Counted from the stretch's first letter, positions 42,176 to 52,137 are shown. The stretch: 64,000 nt of DNA from an uncultured Planctomycetota bacterium (GCA_963719315.1 CAVRBU010000001.1:32001-96000), one strand, 5' to 3'. Numbers and translations: made by a program. Notes: generated by a model not told the origin, from the sequence alone.

Positions 42176-42245
42176 AACCACGGAGGCACGGAGAACACGG
42201 GGAGGAATCTAATTATCGTCTCCGTGTTCTCCGTGCCTCCGTGAT
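42176..42245. repeat. AACCACGGAGGCACGGAG inverted pair
   Basis: aaccacggaggcacggagaacacgg...ccgtgttctccgtgcctccgtg. Confidence 0.75.
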
Positions 42246-42262
42246 AAAAAACGTTTGTCGAA

Positions 42263-43714
42263 TCAGATTAAATCCAAAACACTCGTGCGAGAGTTGAATT
42301 CTTCGATTTGGCCATCCCATTCTTCGACCTGCCCGAATTGTTGTTCCCAGAATTCGGGCTTCCACAGTTCGCGGAGTTCGTCGGCGGTGCGGCCTTGTTG
42401 TTCGACCCAGGTGAAGTATTTGAAGTTGTGCAGCGCTTTGCGATCGAAATAGGTCAGCTCGCGGACGTGGTCCGTTACGATCCCGTCCACATAGCGCGCC
42501 TGGTCGTAGGCCGCACGCTCAGCAGTATACGCGCCGTGCTCGGCCGCAAGTTCCTCCAGCCGGCTGCCATACAAACCGGCCGAGTCGGTGAGGCAGGTGA
42601 AGATCACGTCATGACTATCCATGTCGTAATACTTTGCCGTTTTGATCGCCGCTACCAAATTGCAGATGCCCGATATCCCCAGCAGCGATAACTGTTGGAG
42701 GAGTTGGTCCGAAACGCGGTGGTTGAGCAATGTCTGGCCGGCCGGGTCGTTGAACAACCGAAACAGCGCCAGGCATTGCTCATCATCGATCGCCGCCACC
42801 ATGTCCGTATTGCGGACGTTGTGAATCCAAGGAATGTGCTTGTCGCCGATCCCTTCAATTCGATGCCCACCGAACCCCAGTTGGTACAACGTCGGGCACT
42901 GCAGCGCTTCGGTCGCCACGACGCGAAGCTGCGGATGCACCGTCCGCAAGTAATCGCCGGCCGCGATCGTGCCGGCGCTGCCGGTAGCCGAAACGTAACC
43001 GCTCAGGCGCGAGCCGCCGCCGATCCAATTGAAAATCTCTTCGATCGTTTTACCAGTCACGTGGTAATGCCACGCCGCGTTGCCGAACTCCTCGAACTGG
43101 TTGAAGATCACGCAATCGGGCCGCGTACGGCGAATCTCCCAGCACTTGTCGTAGATTTCCTTGACGTTCGATTCGCAGCCCGGCGTCGGGATCACTTCTG
43201 CGCCAATATCCTTTAGCCACGCAAACCGCTCGCGACTCATCTCCTCGGGCAGAATCGCTACGGCCGTGCAACCAAAGAGGGCCGAATCAAACGCACCGCC
43301 GCGGCAAAAATTTCCGGTGCTCGGCCACACGGCCTTGTGCCGCGTAGGGTCGAACTGGCCGCTAACGAGCTTCGGCGCCAGGCATCCGAACGCGGCCCCC
43401 ACTTTGTGCGCGCCCGTGGGAAAGAACTTACCCACCAGGCCGATGATCCGCGTCTCCACGCCGGTCAGCTCCGGCGGGAATTCGATCCAGTTGCCCTGGT
43501 TGTACAACCCGCCGCGCTCGACCGGCTCGTTTTTCCAAGTGATGCGAAACAGGTTGACGGGATCAACGTCCCACAGGCCGACGTCCTTGAGCCGCCGCCG
43601 AATTTTTTCCGGCACGCGGCTTGGATCGCGCATCTGCGCGAACGTCGGCAGCAAAATCCGCCGCTCGCGGAATCGCTCGACCGTCCTCGACAACGTCGCT
43701 TCGTCAACAGCCAT
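42263..43714 (-). CDS. Fold-type II PLP-dependent enzyme (cysteine synthase/TrpB-like, long form)
   Basis: FPTGAHKVG, WPSTGN, FNQF, SATGSAGT, HRIEGIG, GISG. Confidence 0.82.
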   Translation of the reverse strand: MAVDEATLSRTVERFRERRILLPTFAQMRDPSRVPEKIRRRLKDVGLWDVDPVNLFRITWKNEPVERGGLYNQGNWIEFPPELTGVETRIIGLVGKFFPTGAHKVGAAFGCLAPKLVSGQFDPTRHKAVWPSTGNFCRGGAFDSALFGCTAVAILPEEMSRERFAWLKDIGAEVIPTPGCESNVKEIYDKCWEIRRTRPDCVIFNQFEEFGNAAWHYHVTGKTIEEIFNWIGGGSRLSGYVSATGSAGTIAAGDYLRTVHPQLRVVATEALQCPTLYQLGFGGHRIEGIGDKHIPWIHNVRNTDMVAAIDDEQCLALFRLFNDPAGQTLLNHRVSDQLLQQLSLLGISGICNLVAAIKTAKYYDMDSHDVIFTCLTDSAGLYGSRLEELAAEHGAYTAERAAYDQARYVDGIVTDHVRELTYFDRKALHNFKYFTWVEQQGRTADELRELWKPEFWEQQFGQVEEWDGQIEEFNSRTSVLDLI

Positions 43715-43745
43715 CTAAAAAGCTTTCAATAGCCTAAAGAGCAGA

Positions 43746-45011
43746 TCATGTTTTGATCCGCTTGATCTTCAGCGGCTTTCCATTCCCGCGCCCCGCCGCT
43801 AGTTCACAATATGCCGGGCCGAACCCCGCGTAGAACGCCGCGCAGTTCACCAGTTGCTCGATTGGCACGGAATCATTCACCGTGTGGGCCACGCTCTCGG
43901 CCGCCGGGCCGAAGCCCACGCAAGGGATGCCGAACATGCCATCGATCGACACGGCGTTCGTGCTGAACGTCCAGCGATGCACAGTCGGCGGCTTCGCCAG
44001 CACTTCGTGGTGCGCCTTGATCGCCGCCTGCACGGCCAGCGAGTCTTCCGCCTCGCACCACATCGGGAAGTATTTTTCGGTTTCGTAAACGAGTCCCGTG
44101 TAACTGGGCCGCGCGTATCGCAGCACTTCGACTTTGGCCTCGACGCCGGCCCGCTTTACGGCATCCTTCACTTCGGTGACGGCCGACTTCTTCGTGTCAC
44201 CGACCGTCAGTCGCCGATCGAGATGGATGTATGCCTGCCCCGGCACCGCGCACAAACTCGGGGTCTTGCAATCGATGTAGCTGACCGTGATCGTGCCCTT
44301 GCCCAGGAACTCGTCACCCTTTAGCCGCTCGTGAAGTGCTTCGATTTCGCGCACGATCTTGGCGATTTTGTAGACCGCGTTGTCGCCCTTCTCCGGCATC
44401 GACCCGTGGCACGACTTGCCCAGGCACGTGACGCCGATCTCCATCCGTCCGCGCTGCCCGCGCAGTATCTTGCAATCCGTCGAGTCGGTCACCACCACGA
44501 CATCGGGCCGAATCTTGTCCTCCTGTACGATGTATTGCCAACACAACCCGTCGCAATCCTCTTCCATCACGGTGAACGTCGTAAGCAACGAGAACTCCGA
44601 CATATCGACCTTGAGATCGCGCAGAAGTTTCGCCGCGTAGACCATCGCCGGGATGGCCCCCTCCTGGTCCCCTGCCCCGCGACCCCACACTTTGCCGTCT
44701 GCAATTTTGCCTTTGTACGGATCGTGTTTCCACTCCGCGCGATTGCCGACGCCGACCGTATCCACGTGAGCATCAATCGCGATCAGCTTTTTCCCCTTGC
44801 CCGGCTTGCCGACTTGCCCCAACAAGTTGCCCAGACCGTCAACCCAAATCCTATCGAACGCCCCGGTCGCCTCCATTTCCTGTTTGATTCTCGCGATGAC
44901 AGGCCCTTCCTCCGCCGATTCGGAGGGAATCGCCACCAGCTCGCGCAGGAAGCGGACCATCGGTTTCTCATATTTGCGGGCAGCATCGAGGAAGGCTTTT
45001 TTGTGGCTCAT
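43746..45011 (-). CDS. ygeY: YgeY family M20 hydrolase
   Basis: DAHVDTV, GRGAGDQEG, VMEEDCDGLCW, RGQRGRMEI, WTFSTNAV, GFGP. Confidence 0.92.
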   Translation of the reverse strand: MSHKKAFLDAARKYEKPMVRFLRELVAIPSESAEEGPVIARIKQEMEATGAFDRIWVDGLGNLLGQVGKPGKGKKLIAIDAHVDTVGVGNRAEWKHDPYKGKIADGKVWGRGAGDQEGAIPAMVYAAKLLRDLKVDMSEFSLLTTFTVMEEDCDGLCWQYIVQEDKIRPDVVVVTDSTDCKILRGQRGRMEIGVTCLGKSCHGSMPEKGDNAVYKIAKIVREIEALHERLKGDEFLGKGTITVSYIDCKTPSLCAVPGQAYIHLDRRLTVGDTKKSAVTEVKDAVKRAGVEAKVEVLRYARPSYTGLVYETEKYFPMWCEAEDSLAVQAAIKAHHEVLAKPPTVHRWTFSTNAVSIDGMFGIPCVGFGPAAESVAHTVNDSVPIEQLVNCAAFYAGFGPAYCELAAGRGNGKPLKIKRIKT

Positions 45012-45019
45012 AGATCGGC

Positions 45020-45084
45020 GTAGCGGAATACGCCAGTATTCCGAATAGATCGAGTAGCGGCTGAAGTCTTGCGACTTCCGCTAC
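45020..45084. repeat. GTAG-type REP doublet
   Basis: gtagcggaatacgccagtattcc ... gaagtcttgcgacttccgctac; related inverted copy at ~54228-54290. Confidence 0.6.
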
Positions 45085-45342
45085 CACAATGAATAACTCT
45101 TGAAAGTCCGCAAATTCTATGCGAAAATCAGGGGCGGTGGAAGGAGAGCCTGGGCCGGCCGACGGTATCTATCAGGCATGAGTTGGCCACCACGTCCGAA
45201 GCGGCGACCCGCGTTGTGCGCGGGTCTCCTGACCCCGCACCGAATGGACCTCCGGTCGTTCGGAGTGGCGCAATCAGGAGACCGGCCACGACGGGAAATC
45301 GACCTGCTTCGGTTTCCTCTACTCCCCACGAGGCCAACTGCC

Positions 45343-48078
45343 ATGGCGGCGACAACCGAACCGACTGCTGCAATGCGTCTGCTTTCGTGCCAGGTCAACG
45401 GCGAGCAGATTCAACTCGACCTGCCCGACGAAGACCTCACGCTCCTCGACGTGCTCCGCGATTGTCTCGGCATCACGTCGCCCAAGAACGGCTGCCAACC
45501 CCAGGCCCAATGCGGCTGCTGCACCGTGCTGATGGATGGCAAACCGATTCTCGCCTGCGCCATCGCGCCCGCGAAGGCCGAAGGCAAATCGATCACCACG
45601 CTGGAAGGCCTCGACGAAGAGCATCGCCAGCAGATCGCCGACTCATTCGTTCGTTGCGGAGGCGTTCAATGTGGCTTCTGCATCCCCGGCATGGCGATGC
45701 GGGGCGTCGGCCTGTGCGACAAAAACCCCACGCCCAGCCGCGATGAAATCGCCGCCGCCCTCAAGCCGCACCTTTGCCGCTGCACTGGCTACACGCAGAT
45801 CGTAGATAGCATTGACCAATACGCGAAGCTCCGCCGCGGCGAGGCACTGCCGGAACTCTCTGCCGCCGATCGCTCGGGCCGCGTCGGCACCGATCTGCCG
45901 CGTTACACCGGTCACGACGCCGTCCTCGGTGACCGCAAATTCATCGACGACATGACCGTGCCCAACATGCTCTACGGCGCGGTGCGGCTCACCGATCACC
46001 CGCGGGCTAAGGTGCTGCGAATCGACGCCACCCGAGCCCTTGCGCTGGACGGTGTCCACCGTGTTGTCACCGCCGCCGACGTGCCCGGCAATCGTTACGT
46101 CGGCCTGATTGAAAGCGACTGGCCCGTGTTCGTCGCAATCGGCGAAGAAACCCGCTGCAGCGGCGACATCATCGCCGGCGTCGTCGCCGATACGCAACGC
46201 CTTGCCCGCCAGGCGGCCGAACTGATCGATATCGAATACGAAGGGCTGGAACCCGTCACCGATCCGCACGCCGCGCTCGCCCCCGACGCCCCGCTCGTCC
46301 ACCCGAAACGCGGCACGAATCTGCTCAGCAAGTCGTCGCTCAAGCGCGGCGACATCGAAGCCGGCTTCCGCCGCGCCGCCCATATTATTGAAGACACGTA
46401 TTACACGCAACGCATCGAGCATCTGTTCCTAGAGCCCGAGGCGTGCATCGCGATTCCAAGATCGGGGAGTGGGGAGTGGGGAGTGGGGAGTGGGGATTCC
46501 AACGGACAATCCGCAATCCGCAATCCGCAATCCGAAATCGAATCCATCTTCATCTACACCCAAGGCCAAGGCGTCTTCGACGACCAGCGCCAAATCGCCG
46601 CCGTCCTCGGCGTCGATCGCGATCGCGTGCAAACCGAGCTCGTCAGCAATGGCGGCGCGTTCGGTGGCAAAGAGGATATGTCGATCCAGGCCCAGACGGC
46701 GCTCATGGCCTGGCTTGTCGGCCGTCCGGTGAAACTCACGCTCACGCGGCTCGAAAGCTTCCAGATTCACCCCAAGCGGCACCCGATCGAACTCAAATAC
46801 AAAATCGGGTGCGATGCCGAAGGCCGCATCACCGCCGTGCAGGCTCGCATCGTCGGCGATAAGGGGGCGTATGCCTCGGTCGGCGCAAAAGTGCTGGAGC
46901 GTGCCGGCGGCCATTGCACCGGCCCCTACCGCGTGCCGGCCATCGATATGGAATCGCTCGCCGTTTACACGAACAACCCACCCTGCGGCGCGATGCGCGG
47001 CTTCGGCGCCAACCAGTCCGCCTTCGCCATCGAAGGCTTGCTCGATCGCCTCGCCGAAAAGGTCGGCATCGATGGCTATGACATCCGCGATCGCAACATC
47101 CTTGAACCCGGCGAAGCCTTTGCCACCGGCCAGTTGCTCGACAAACCGTTCGGCCTCCGCAAAACGCTGGAAGCCTGCAAGGCCGCCTACAAATCGGCCA
47201 AATTCGCCGGCATCGCCTGTGGCATCAAAAACGTCGGCATCGGCAACGGCATGCCCGATATCGGCCGCTCGGCCCTCACCGTCGAAGACGATCACACGAT
47301 CCACATCCGCACCGGCTTCACCGAAATGGGCCAGGGCCTGTTCACGATCTGCATCCAGTTCGCCGTCGAAGCCACCGGCCTGCCGACCGATGTGTTCAGC
47401 AAGGTTTCGGCCGACACTAAGTTGCAGCTCGATTGTGGCCAGACCACTGCCAGCCGCGCCACCGTGCTCGCTGGCAACTCGATCGCCGAGGCCGGCAAAG
47501 CCTTGCGGGCGGAACTCGACCGCGGCAAAACGCTCGCCGACCTCGTCGGGCAAACTTTTCAGGGCGAGTGGAGTTGCACGTATACCTCGAAGCTCGGCAA
47601 GGACCTCGACAAGCCCGGCGGCCCGAAAACGCATCTCACCTACGGCTTCGCCACGCAGGTTGCCATCCTCGACGACGATGGCCGACTCACTAAAATGGTT
47701 GCCGCCCACGACGTTGGTCGCGTCATCAACCCCACGCAGCTCGCCGGCCAGATGTACGGCTCGCTCCACATGGGCATCGGCTACGGCCTCACCGAGGACT
47801 TTGAATCCGAGCGGGGCGAAATCCTTGCCAAGAAAATGAACGACTGCGGCGTGCTCCGCGCGCATCAAATGCCTGAGATGGAGCTGATCTTCGTCGAGGA
47901 AGAAGACCCCGAGTGCCCGTTCGGCGCCCGCGGCGTCGGCGAGATAGGCCTCGTGCCCACCGCGCCGTGCATTGCCGGCGCGCTCTACAAATACGACGGC
48001 GTCATCCGCACGCGGCTGCCGATGCGCGATTCCCCCGCGGCCCAAGCCATCACCAAGCCCAATGTCCGCCGTAAGTAA
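45343..48078 (+). CDS. xdh: Fused 2x[2Fe-2S] + molybdopterin-binding xanthine dehydrogenase family protein (selenium-dependent XDH-like)
   Basis: GCQPQAQCGCCTV, QCGFCIPG, LCRCTGY, HLFLEPE, GGAFGGK, AMRGFG, EMGQG, TTASR, GVGE. Confidence 0.88.
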   Translation: MAATTEPTAAMRLLSCQVNGEQIQLDLPDEDLTLLDVLRDCLGITSPKNGCQPQAQCGCCTVLMDGKPILACAIAPAKAEGKSITTLEGLDEEHRQQIADSFVRCGGVQCGFCIPGMAMRGVGLCDKNPTPSRDEIAAALKPHLCRCTGYTQIVDSIDQYAKLRRGEALPELSAADRSGRVGTDLPRYTGHDAVLGDRKFIDDMTVPNMLYGAVRLTDHPRAKVLRIDATRALALDGVHRVVTAADVPGNRYVGLIESDWPVFVAIGEETRCSGDIIAGVVADTQRLARQAAELIDIEYEGLEPVTDPHAALAPDAPLVHPKRGTNLLSKSSLKRGDIEAGFRRAAHIIEDTYYTQRIEHLFLEPEACIAIPRSGSGEWGVGSGDSNGQSAIRNPQSEIESIFIYTQGQGVFDDQRQIAAVLGVDRDRVQTELVSNGGAFGGKEDMSIQAQTALMAWLVGRPVKLTLTRLESFQIHPKRHPIELKYKIGCDAEGRITAVQARIVGDKGAYASVGAKVLERAGGHCTGPYRVPAIDMESLAVYTNNPPCGAMRGFGANQSAFAIEGLLDRLAEKVGIDGYDIRDRNILEPGEAFATGQLLDKPFGLRKTLEACKAAYKSAKFAGIACGIKNVGIGNGMPDIGRSALTVEDDHTIHIRTGFTEMGQGLFTICIQFAVEATGLPTDVFSKVSADTKLQLDCGQTTASRATVLAGNSIAEAGKALRAELDRGKTLADLVGQTFQGEWSCTYTSKLGKDLDKPGGPKTHLTYGFATQVAILDDDGRLTKMVAAHDVGRVINPTQLAGQMYGSLHMGIGYGLTEDFESERGEILAKKMNDCGVLRAHQMPEMELIFVEEEDPECPFGARGVGEIGLVPTAPCIAGALYKYDGVIRTRLPMRDSPAAQAITKPNVRRK
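46464..46540 (+). repeat. In-frame heptamer tandem repeats inside xdh
   Basis: (GGGGAGT)x4 then (CAATCCG)x4, read as SGEWGVGSG...SAIRNPQSE. Confidence 0.85.
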
Positions 48079-48787
48079 TTCACTCCCTCTCCCTCCGGGA
48101 GAGGGCCGGGGTGAGGGTGCATTGTCGGCAACCGCGGCGCCCTCACCCTGCCCTCTCTTAAAGGGAGAGGGTTCTAGTAATTACCGCATCGGTGTCCTAC
48201 TTGCTGCCGGCCGCGGCGGACGCATGGGCGGCACCAAGCAACTCAAGACTTGGCTATTCGCCGACGGCCCCAAGCCGCTCATCAGCGCCGCCTACGACAC
48301 CATCCGTCCGATCTGTGACGAGATGATCGTCGTGCTGGGCCACGAAGCCGAAGCCGTCGCCGGCGCCCTCGGCGATCGCCCCTTCCACCGAGCCGAAAGC
48401 ACGCCCGACCGCCCCATGTTCGAATCTATCCGCGTCGGCCTCCGCGCCGCCCGCCTCCTCGACGCTAGCGCCACCATCGTCCTCCACCCCGGCGACCACC
48501 CCGAAGTCGCCCCTTCCACCCTCCGCGCACTGGCCGACCGGTCGCTTCAGCGGCCAGAAGTCGCCATCATTCCCGAGCACAATGCCCGTGGAGGTCACCC
48601 CGTTTTCATACCTCCCGCCGTCGCCGCCCTGATCCTCGCAGCCGATTGCCCCCACGGCCTCGCCCAATTCTGGCTCGATAATCAGGAACTCTGCTGCCGC
48701 CTCGCCGTCAACGACCCCAGCATCCTCCACGACATCGACACCCCCACCGACCTCGCCGCCTATAAACCGCCCTCCAATTCGTGTTAG
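48062..48787 (+). CDS. MocA/YgfJ-like molybdenum cofactor nucleotidyltransferase
   Basis: GVLLAAGRGGRMGGTKQL, GDHP, GGHPV, DIDTPTD; directly after xdh; exact start uncertain. Confidence 0.82.
   Translation: MSAVSNSLPLPPGEGRGEGALSATAAPSPCPLLKGEGSSNYRIGVLLAAGRGGRMGGTKQLKTWLFADGPKPLISAAYDTIRPICDEMIVVLGHEAEAVAGALGDRPFHRAESTPDRPMFESIRVGLRAARLLDASATIVLHPGDHPEVAPSTLRALADRSLQRPEVAIIPEHNARGGHPVFIPPAVAALILAADCPHGLAQFWLDNQELCCRLAVNDPSILHDIDTPTDLAAYKPPSNSC
48085..48171. repeat. CCCTCTCCC..GGGAGAGGG..GGGTGAGGG REP-like doublet
   Basis: ccctctccctccgggagagggccggggtgaggg ... ccctcaccctgccctctcttaaagggagaggg. Confidence 0.75.
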
Positions 48788-48805
48788 TATGGAAGCTCCC
48801 ATTTG

Positions 48806-48902
<97 letters not shown>

Positions 48903-48903
48903 C

Positions 48904-49629
48904 ATGCCCCCCGCCCCCGCCCGGCCCGCCAAAGACATCGACCGTCCGCCGTTCATGGTCAAGCTCGGCCTGATGCCGCCGTACATGCACGAGGACATCG
49001 AAAAGGCCTACCTTGCGAAGATCAAGGATATTCGCCCCGACCTCGGCGGCGATCCGCAGCCGTTCTACGACGTGCAAAACGCCTACATGCAAGCCAAGGA
49101 GTATCTGAAATTCCGCGGCGATCGGCGCGGCTGGATCGCCAAACGCATGGACGAGTATCTCGCCGTGCAGGAGGTTAGCGATCAGCTCAAGGCGTTCGGC
49201 GCCGAAACCGAAACCAACTTCCTCGATTGGCTGCAAAAGTCCTTCGGCGAGTTCGCGGAGCTCACGGAAAAAATTCTTGCCATCCGATTCAACAACGCGG
49301 CGAACGGCGACGAGTTCATCGAGTATCTCGTCAACCATCGCGAACAACTACTGGAGCTGGAACGCCTCAATCTGGCCGGCTGCAAAGTCTCCGACGGCGC
49401 CGTTCGCCAACTCAGCGTCTTTCGCCGCTTGCAAGAGCTCAACCTCAGCCGCACGCCGATCACCTGGCAATCGATGCACATCGTCGAATGGCTGCCCGAA
49501 TTGCACGTCGTCCAAGTTGAAGGCACGGGCCTCAACTGGTTCACGCGGCGAAAGCTGGCAACGCAACTCCGCCAAAAGCGCAAAGCGGCCCAAGCACTGC
49601 GAGCCATCCATCCGACGACCGTACGCTAA
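48904..49629 (+). CDS. Hypothetical protein: degenerate J-domain + leucine-rich repeats
   Basis: LGL...DIEKAY....IRPDLGG...F..V..AY; LERLNLAGCKVSD, LQELNLSRTPIT. Confidence 0.72.
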   Translation: MPPAPARPAKDIDRPPFMVKLGLMPPYMHEDIEKAYLAKIKDIRPDLGGDPQPFYDVQNAYMQAKEYLKFRGDRRGWIAKRMDEYLAVQEVSDQLKAFGAETETNFLDWLQKSFGEFAELTEKILAIRFNNAANGDEFIEYLVNHREQLLELERLNLAGCKVSDGAVRQLSVFRRLQELNLSRTPITWQSMHIVEWLPELHVVQVEGTGLNWFTRRKLATQLRQKRKAAQALRAIHPTTVR

Positions 49630-50773
49630 AGTTGCTGTACCCCAACGTGCCTCGTAGTCCTCAGCAGGCTTGTCGTGGCCACCCGAATGAGCTATAAATA
49701 GCGCCTCATGCTTGGAGAGGTAGCGATGCGTTTGCTGCTAATAATTCTGTCGACGCTACTGGCTACGACTGCCTTCCATGCCAATTCTGTGGCTCAGCCG
49801 TGGCCGCTCCTTACAAGAAGCGATACATTCGACCTGATTCCCTGGTCGCCATTAACAGTTCCGATTGTTGAAACTCCGTTCGAAGCTACGCCACCGGTAC
49901 CCCCCATTGCTCCGCACCAGCGGGCGACACTTACTGGTGATTCCGCCGCCCTCGTTGCCGGGAACAACAAGTTTGGGTTGGACATCTACCACCAATTGGC
50001 CGCGGCCAAGCCGAGCGACAACGTGCTCGTCTCGCCATTTAGCATTTCCGCAGCACTGGCAATGACGTATGCCGGTGCTCGCGGCCGCACCGCGCAGCAG
50101 ATGGCCGACGTACTCAACTTTACGTTGCCGGACGATCGACTGCACTCCACATTCGGCTCACTTCTGCGCGATCTGACGGCCAATCGCGATGGCTACCAAC
50201 TGAGTATCGCCAACCGTCTTTTCGGTCAGGCACAATATCCGTTCAATCCTGCGTTTCTCGACTCAGTCGGAAGCAACTACGACGCCCCTCTCGAGCCGAC
50301 TAATTTCATAGGCGATCCTGAAGGCTCCCGCCAAAGAATTAATGGGTGGGTTGAGGATCAGACCCATCACAAGATCAAAAACTTGATGCCTGACGGAAGC
50401 GTCACTTCGGATATGGTGCTCGTTCTCACGAACGCCATGTATTTCAAAGGCTCGTGGAAGAACAAGTTCGACGCGGACTCGACGCACGACGATACGTTTT
50501 TCACGGCCGGAGTTCAGGCAAAGTCCGTTCCCATGATGCGGCAGCAGCACTCGTTCATGTATTCAGAACGCCCGGGCTTTCAAATGTTGGAAATGCCGTA
50601 CGCCGGCGATGACCTGTCGATGGTGGTCATGTTGCCGACCGAGCGAAACGGCCTCGCTGACGTGGAAGCGTCGCTAACTCCGCAAGTGCTTGACGATAGC
50701 TTGGCGTCGCTCTACCCGACTACTGTTAATGTATCGTTTCCGAAATTCACGTTCGACAGCACATTCAAGCTAA

Positions 50774-51739
50774 GAACCCCTAACAAAACCCTTCGGTGAG
50801 TATGTTGAAGCAGATGAGAGATTGAGCCAGAGTCACAAAGGCTTTATGGATATCGGCCCTCCGATCAAATCGCGTTCGCAGCCGCCGGAAATTATTCATC
50901 CAACTGAGCGTACGTTCGGAAACCCAACGATAAATTCCTAGGCCGCTGCCATGTTCCGTATTGCGTTTAGCCAAGTGGGGTTTGATGCCGCGATCGCGGA
51001 GTGCTTGTCGGTGCTTTTCGGAGTCGTACACCCGATCCGCATACACCTCTTCCGGACGCTGTTTCGGCCGGCCCGGTTTGCCCGCCACCGGCTCGATTCC
51101 GTCAATCAACGGGATCAGTTGGGTCACGTCGTGTCGATTGGCGGCGGTGAGAATGAATTTGAGCGGGACGCCGTTCGCATCGGTGACCACATGATGTTTA
51201 CTGCCGGGTTTTCGCCGATCCGTTGGGTTCGGTCCCGTTTTTTCGCCGCCCCCTACAGCACGAACCGTCGCACTATCGACTGCCGCTCGCGACCAATCGA
51301 GTTGATCGGCGCGTGCAGATTCTCCAACAATGTTTGTTTCAACGCCTCCCAGACGCCTGCTTCGTGCCACTCCTGTAACCGTCGCCAGCAGGTCATTCCA
51401 GATCCACATCCCATTTCCAGGGGAAGATATTCCCAAGGAATACCCGTTCGTAAAACAAAAATGATTCCGGTCAAGACTTTGCGATCATCGATCCGCGGTC
51501 GGCCTCCTTTGGGGCTCGGTTCGTGTTCAGGGAGTAAAGGAGACAACATCTCCCACAATTCGTCAGGAACTAATTCTTTAGCCATCGTTGGTCCTCCAGA
51601 TAGTTGGTTTCACTCCAAAGGAATTCTGGGGACAATCAACGCCGTGTCACGACTGCAATTTCAAAAACAAGTTTTACATCTTCCACAACGACTCGAATCA
51701 ATTACTAGCACTGCTAGTAGACAGTATTGTTAGGGGTTC
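50774..51739 (-). mobile_element. IS5-family insertion sequence (966 bp)
   Basis: 13-bp perfect TIR gaacccctaacaa; TAA target duplication at 50771-50773 and 51740-51742. Confidence 0.93.
50780..51585 (-). CDS. IS5-family transposase (one frameshift ~51312)
   Basis: GGRPRIDDR..GIIFVLRTGIPW..LP, WRRLQEW; LDWSRAAVDS, GSKHH, ADRVYD, RWVSERT..W...RRL. Confidence 0.92.
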
Positions 51740-52137
51740 TAAGCACCACGTTAGCGGCTATGGGCATGACGGATGCATTCGATCAGAATTTGGCCAACTT
51801 CCGAGGTATAGCGGGCAACGACTTGGTAATTAGTGAAGCGTTTCACAAAACCTTTATCGCAGTCAACGAGGAAGGCACCGAAGCGGCGGCGGCAACAGCG
51901 GTTGGTATTGTGATGACAACCTGCTTGTGCATCCGCCGCAGCCCAAGACGTTTCTTGCCGATCACCCATTTCTATTTGCCCTGCGCGATCTGCATTCGGG
52001 CAGCCTGCTCTTCATCGGTCGTGTTGCCGATCCGAGCAAGTCGTTGATTTCGGCGTCAGCGACCGTACCCGAACCGTCATCGATAGCGATTCTGCTGGTC
52101 GCTCTCGTCGCATCGGTTCGCGTCCGGCACCCGTTCT

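Noticed and set aside
45100..45342. N-terminal extension of Xdh in the ORF track
   Set aside because: Reads through intergenic repeat-like sequence; homology begins near ATG 45343/45373
46429..48045. Long antisense or alternative-frame ORFs (e.g. 538 aa here, 37279-38391, 54438-55451)
   Set aside because: Shadows of well-supported genes in GC-rich DNA with no recognisable motifs
51240..51320. Programmed -1 frameshift in the IS5 transposase
   Set aside because: The A-run at GGGEKTG is already in frame; the break lies upstream at a GCGC tract, consistent with a one-base error
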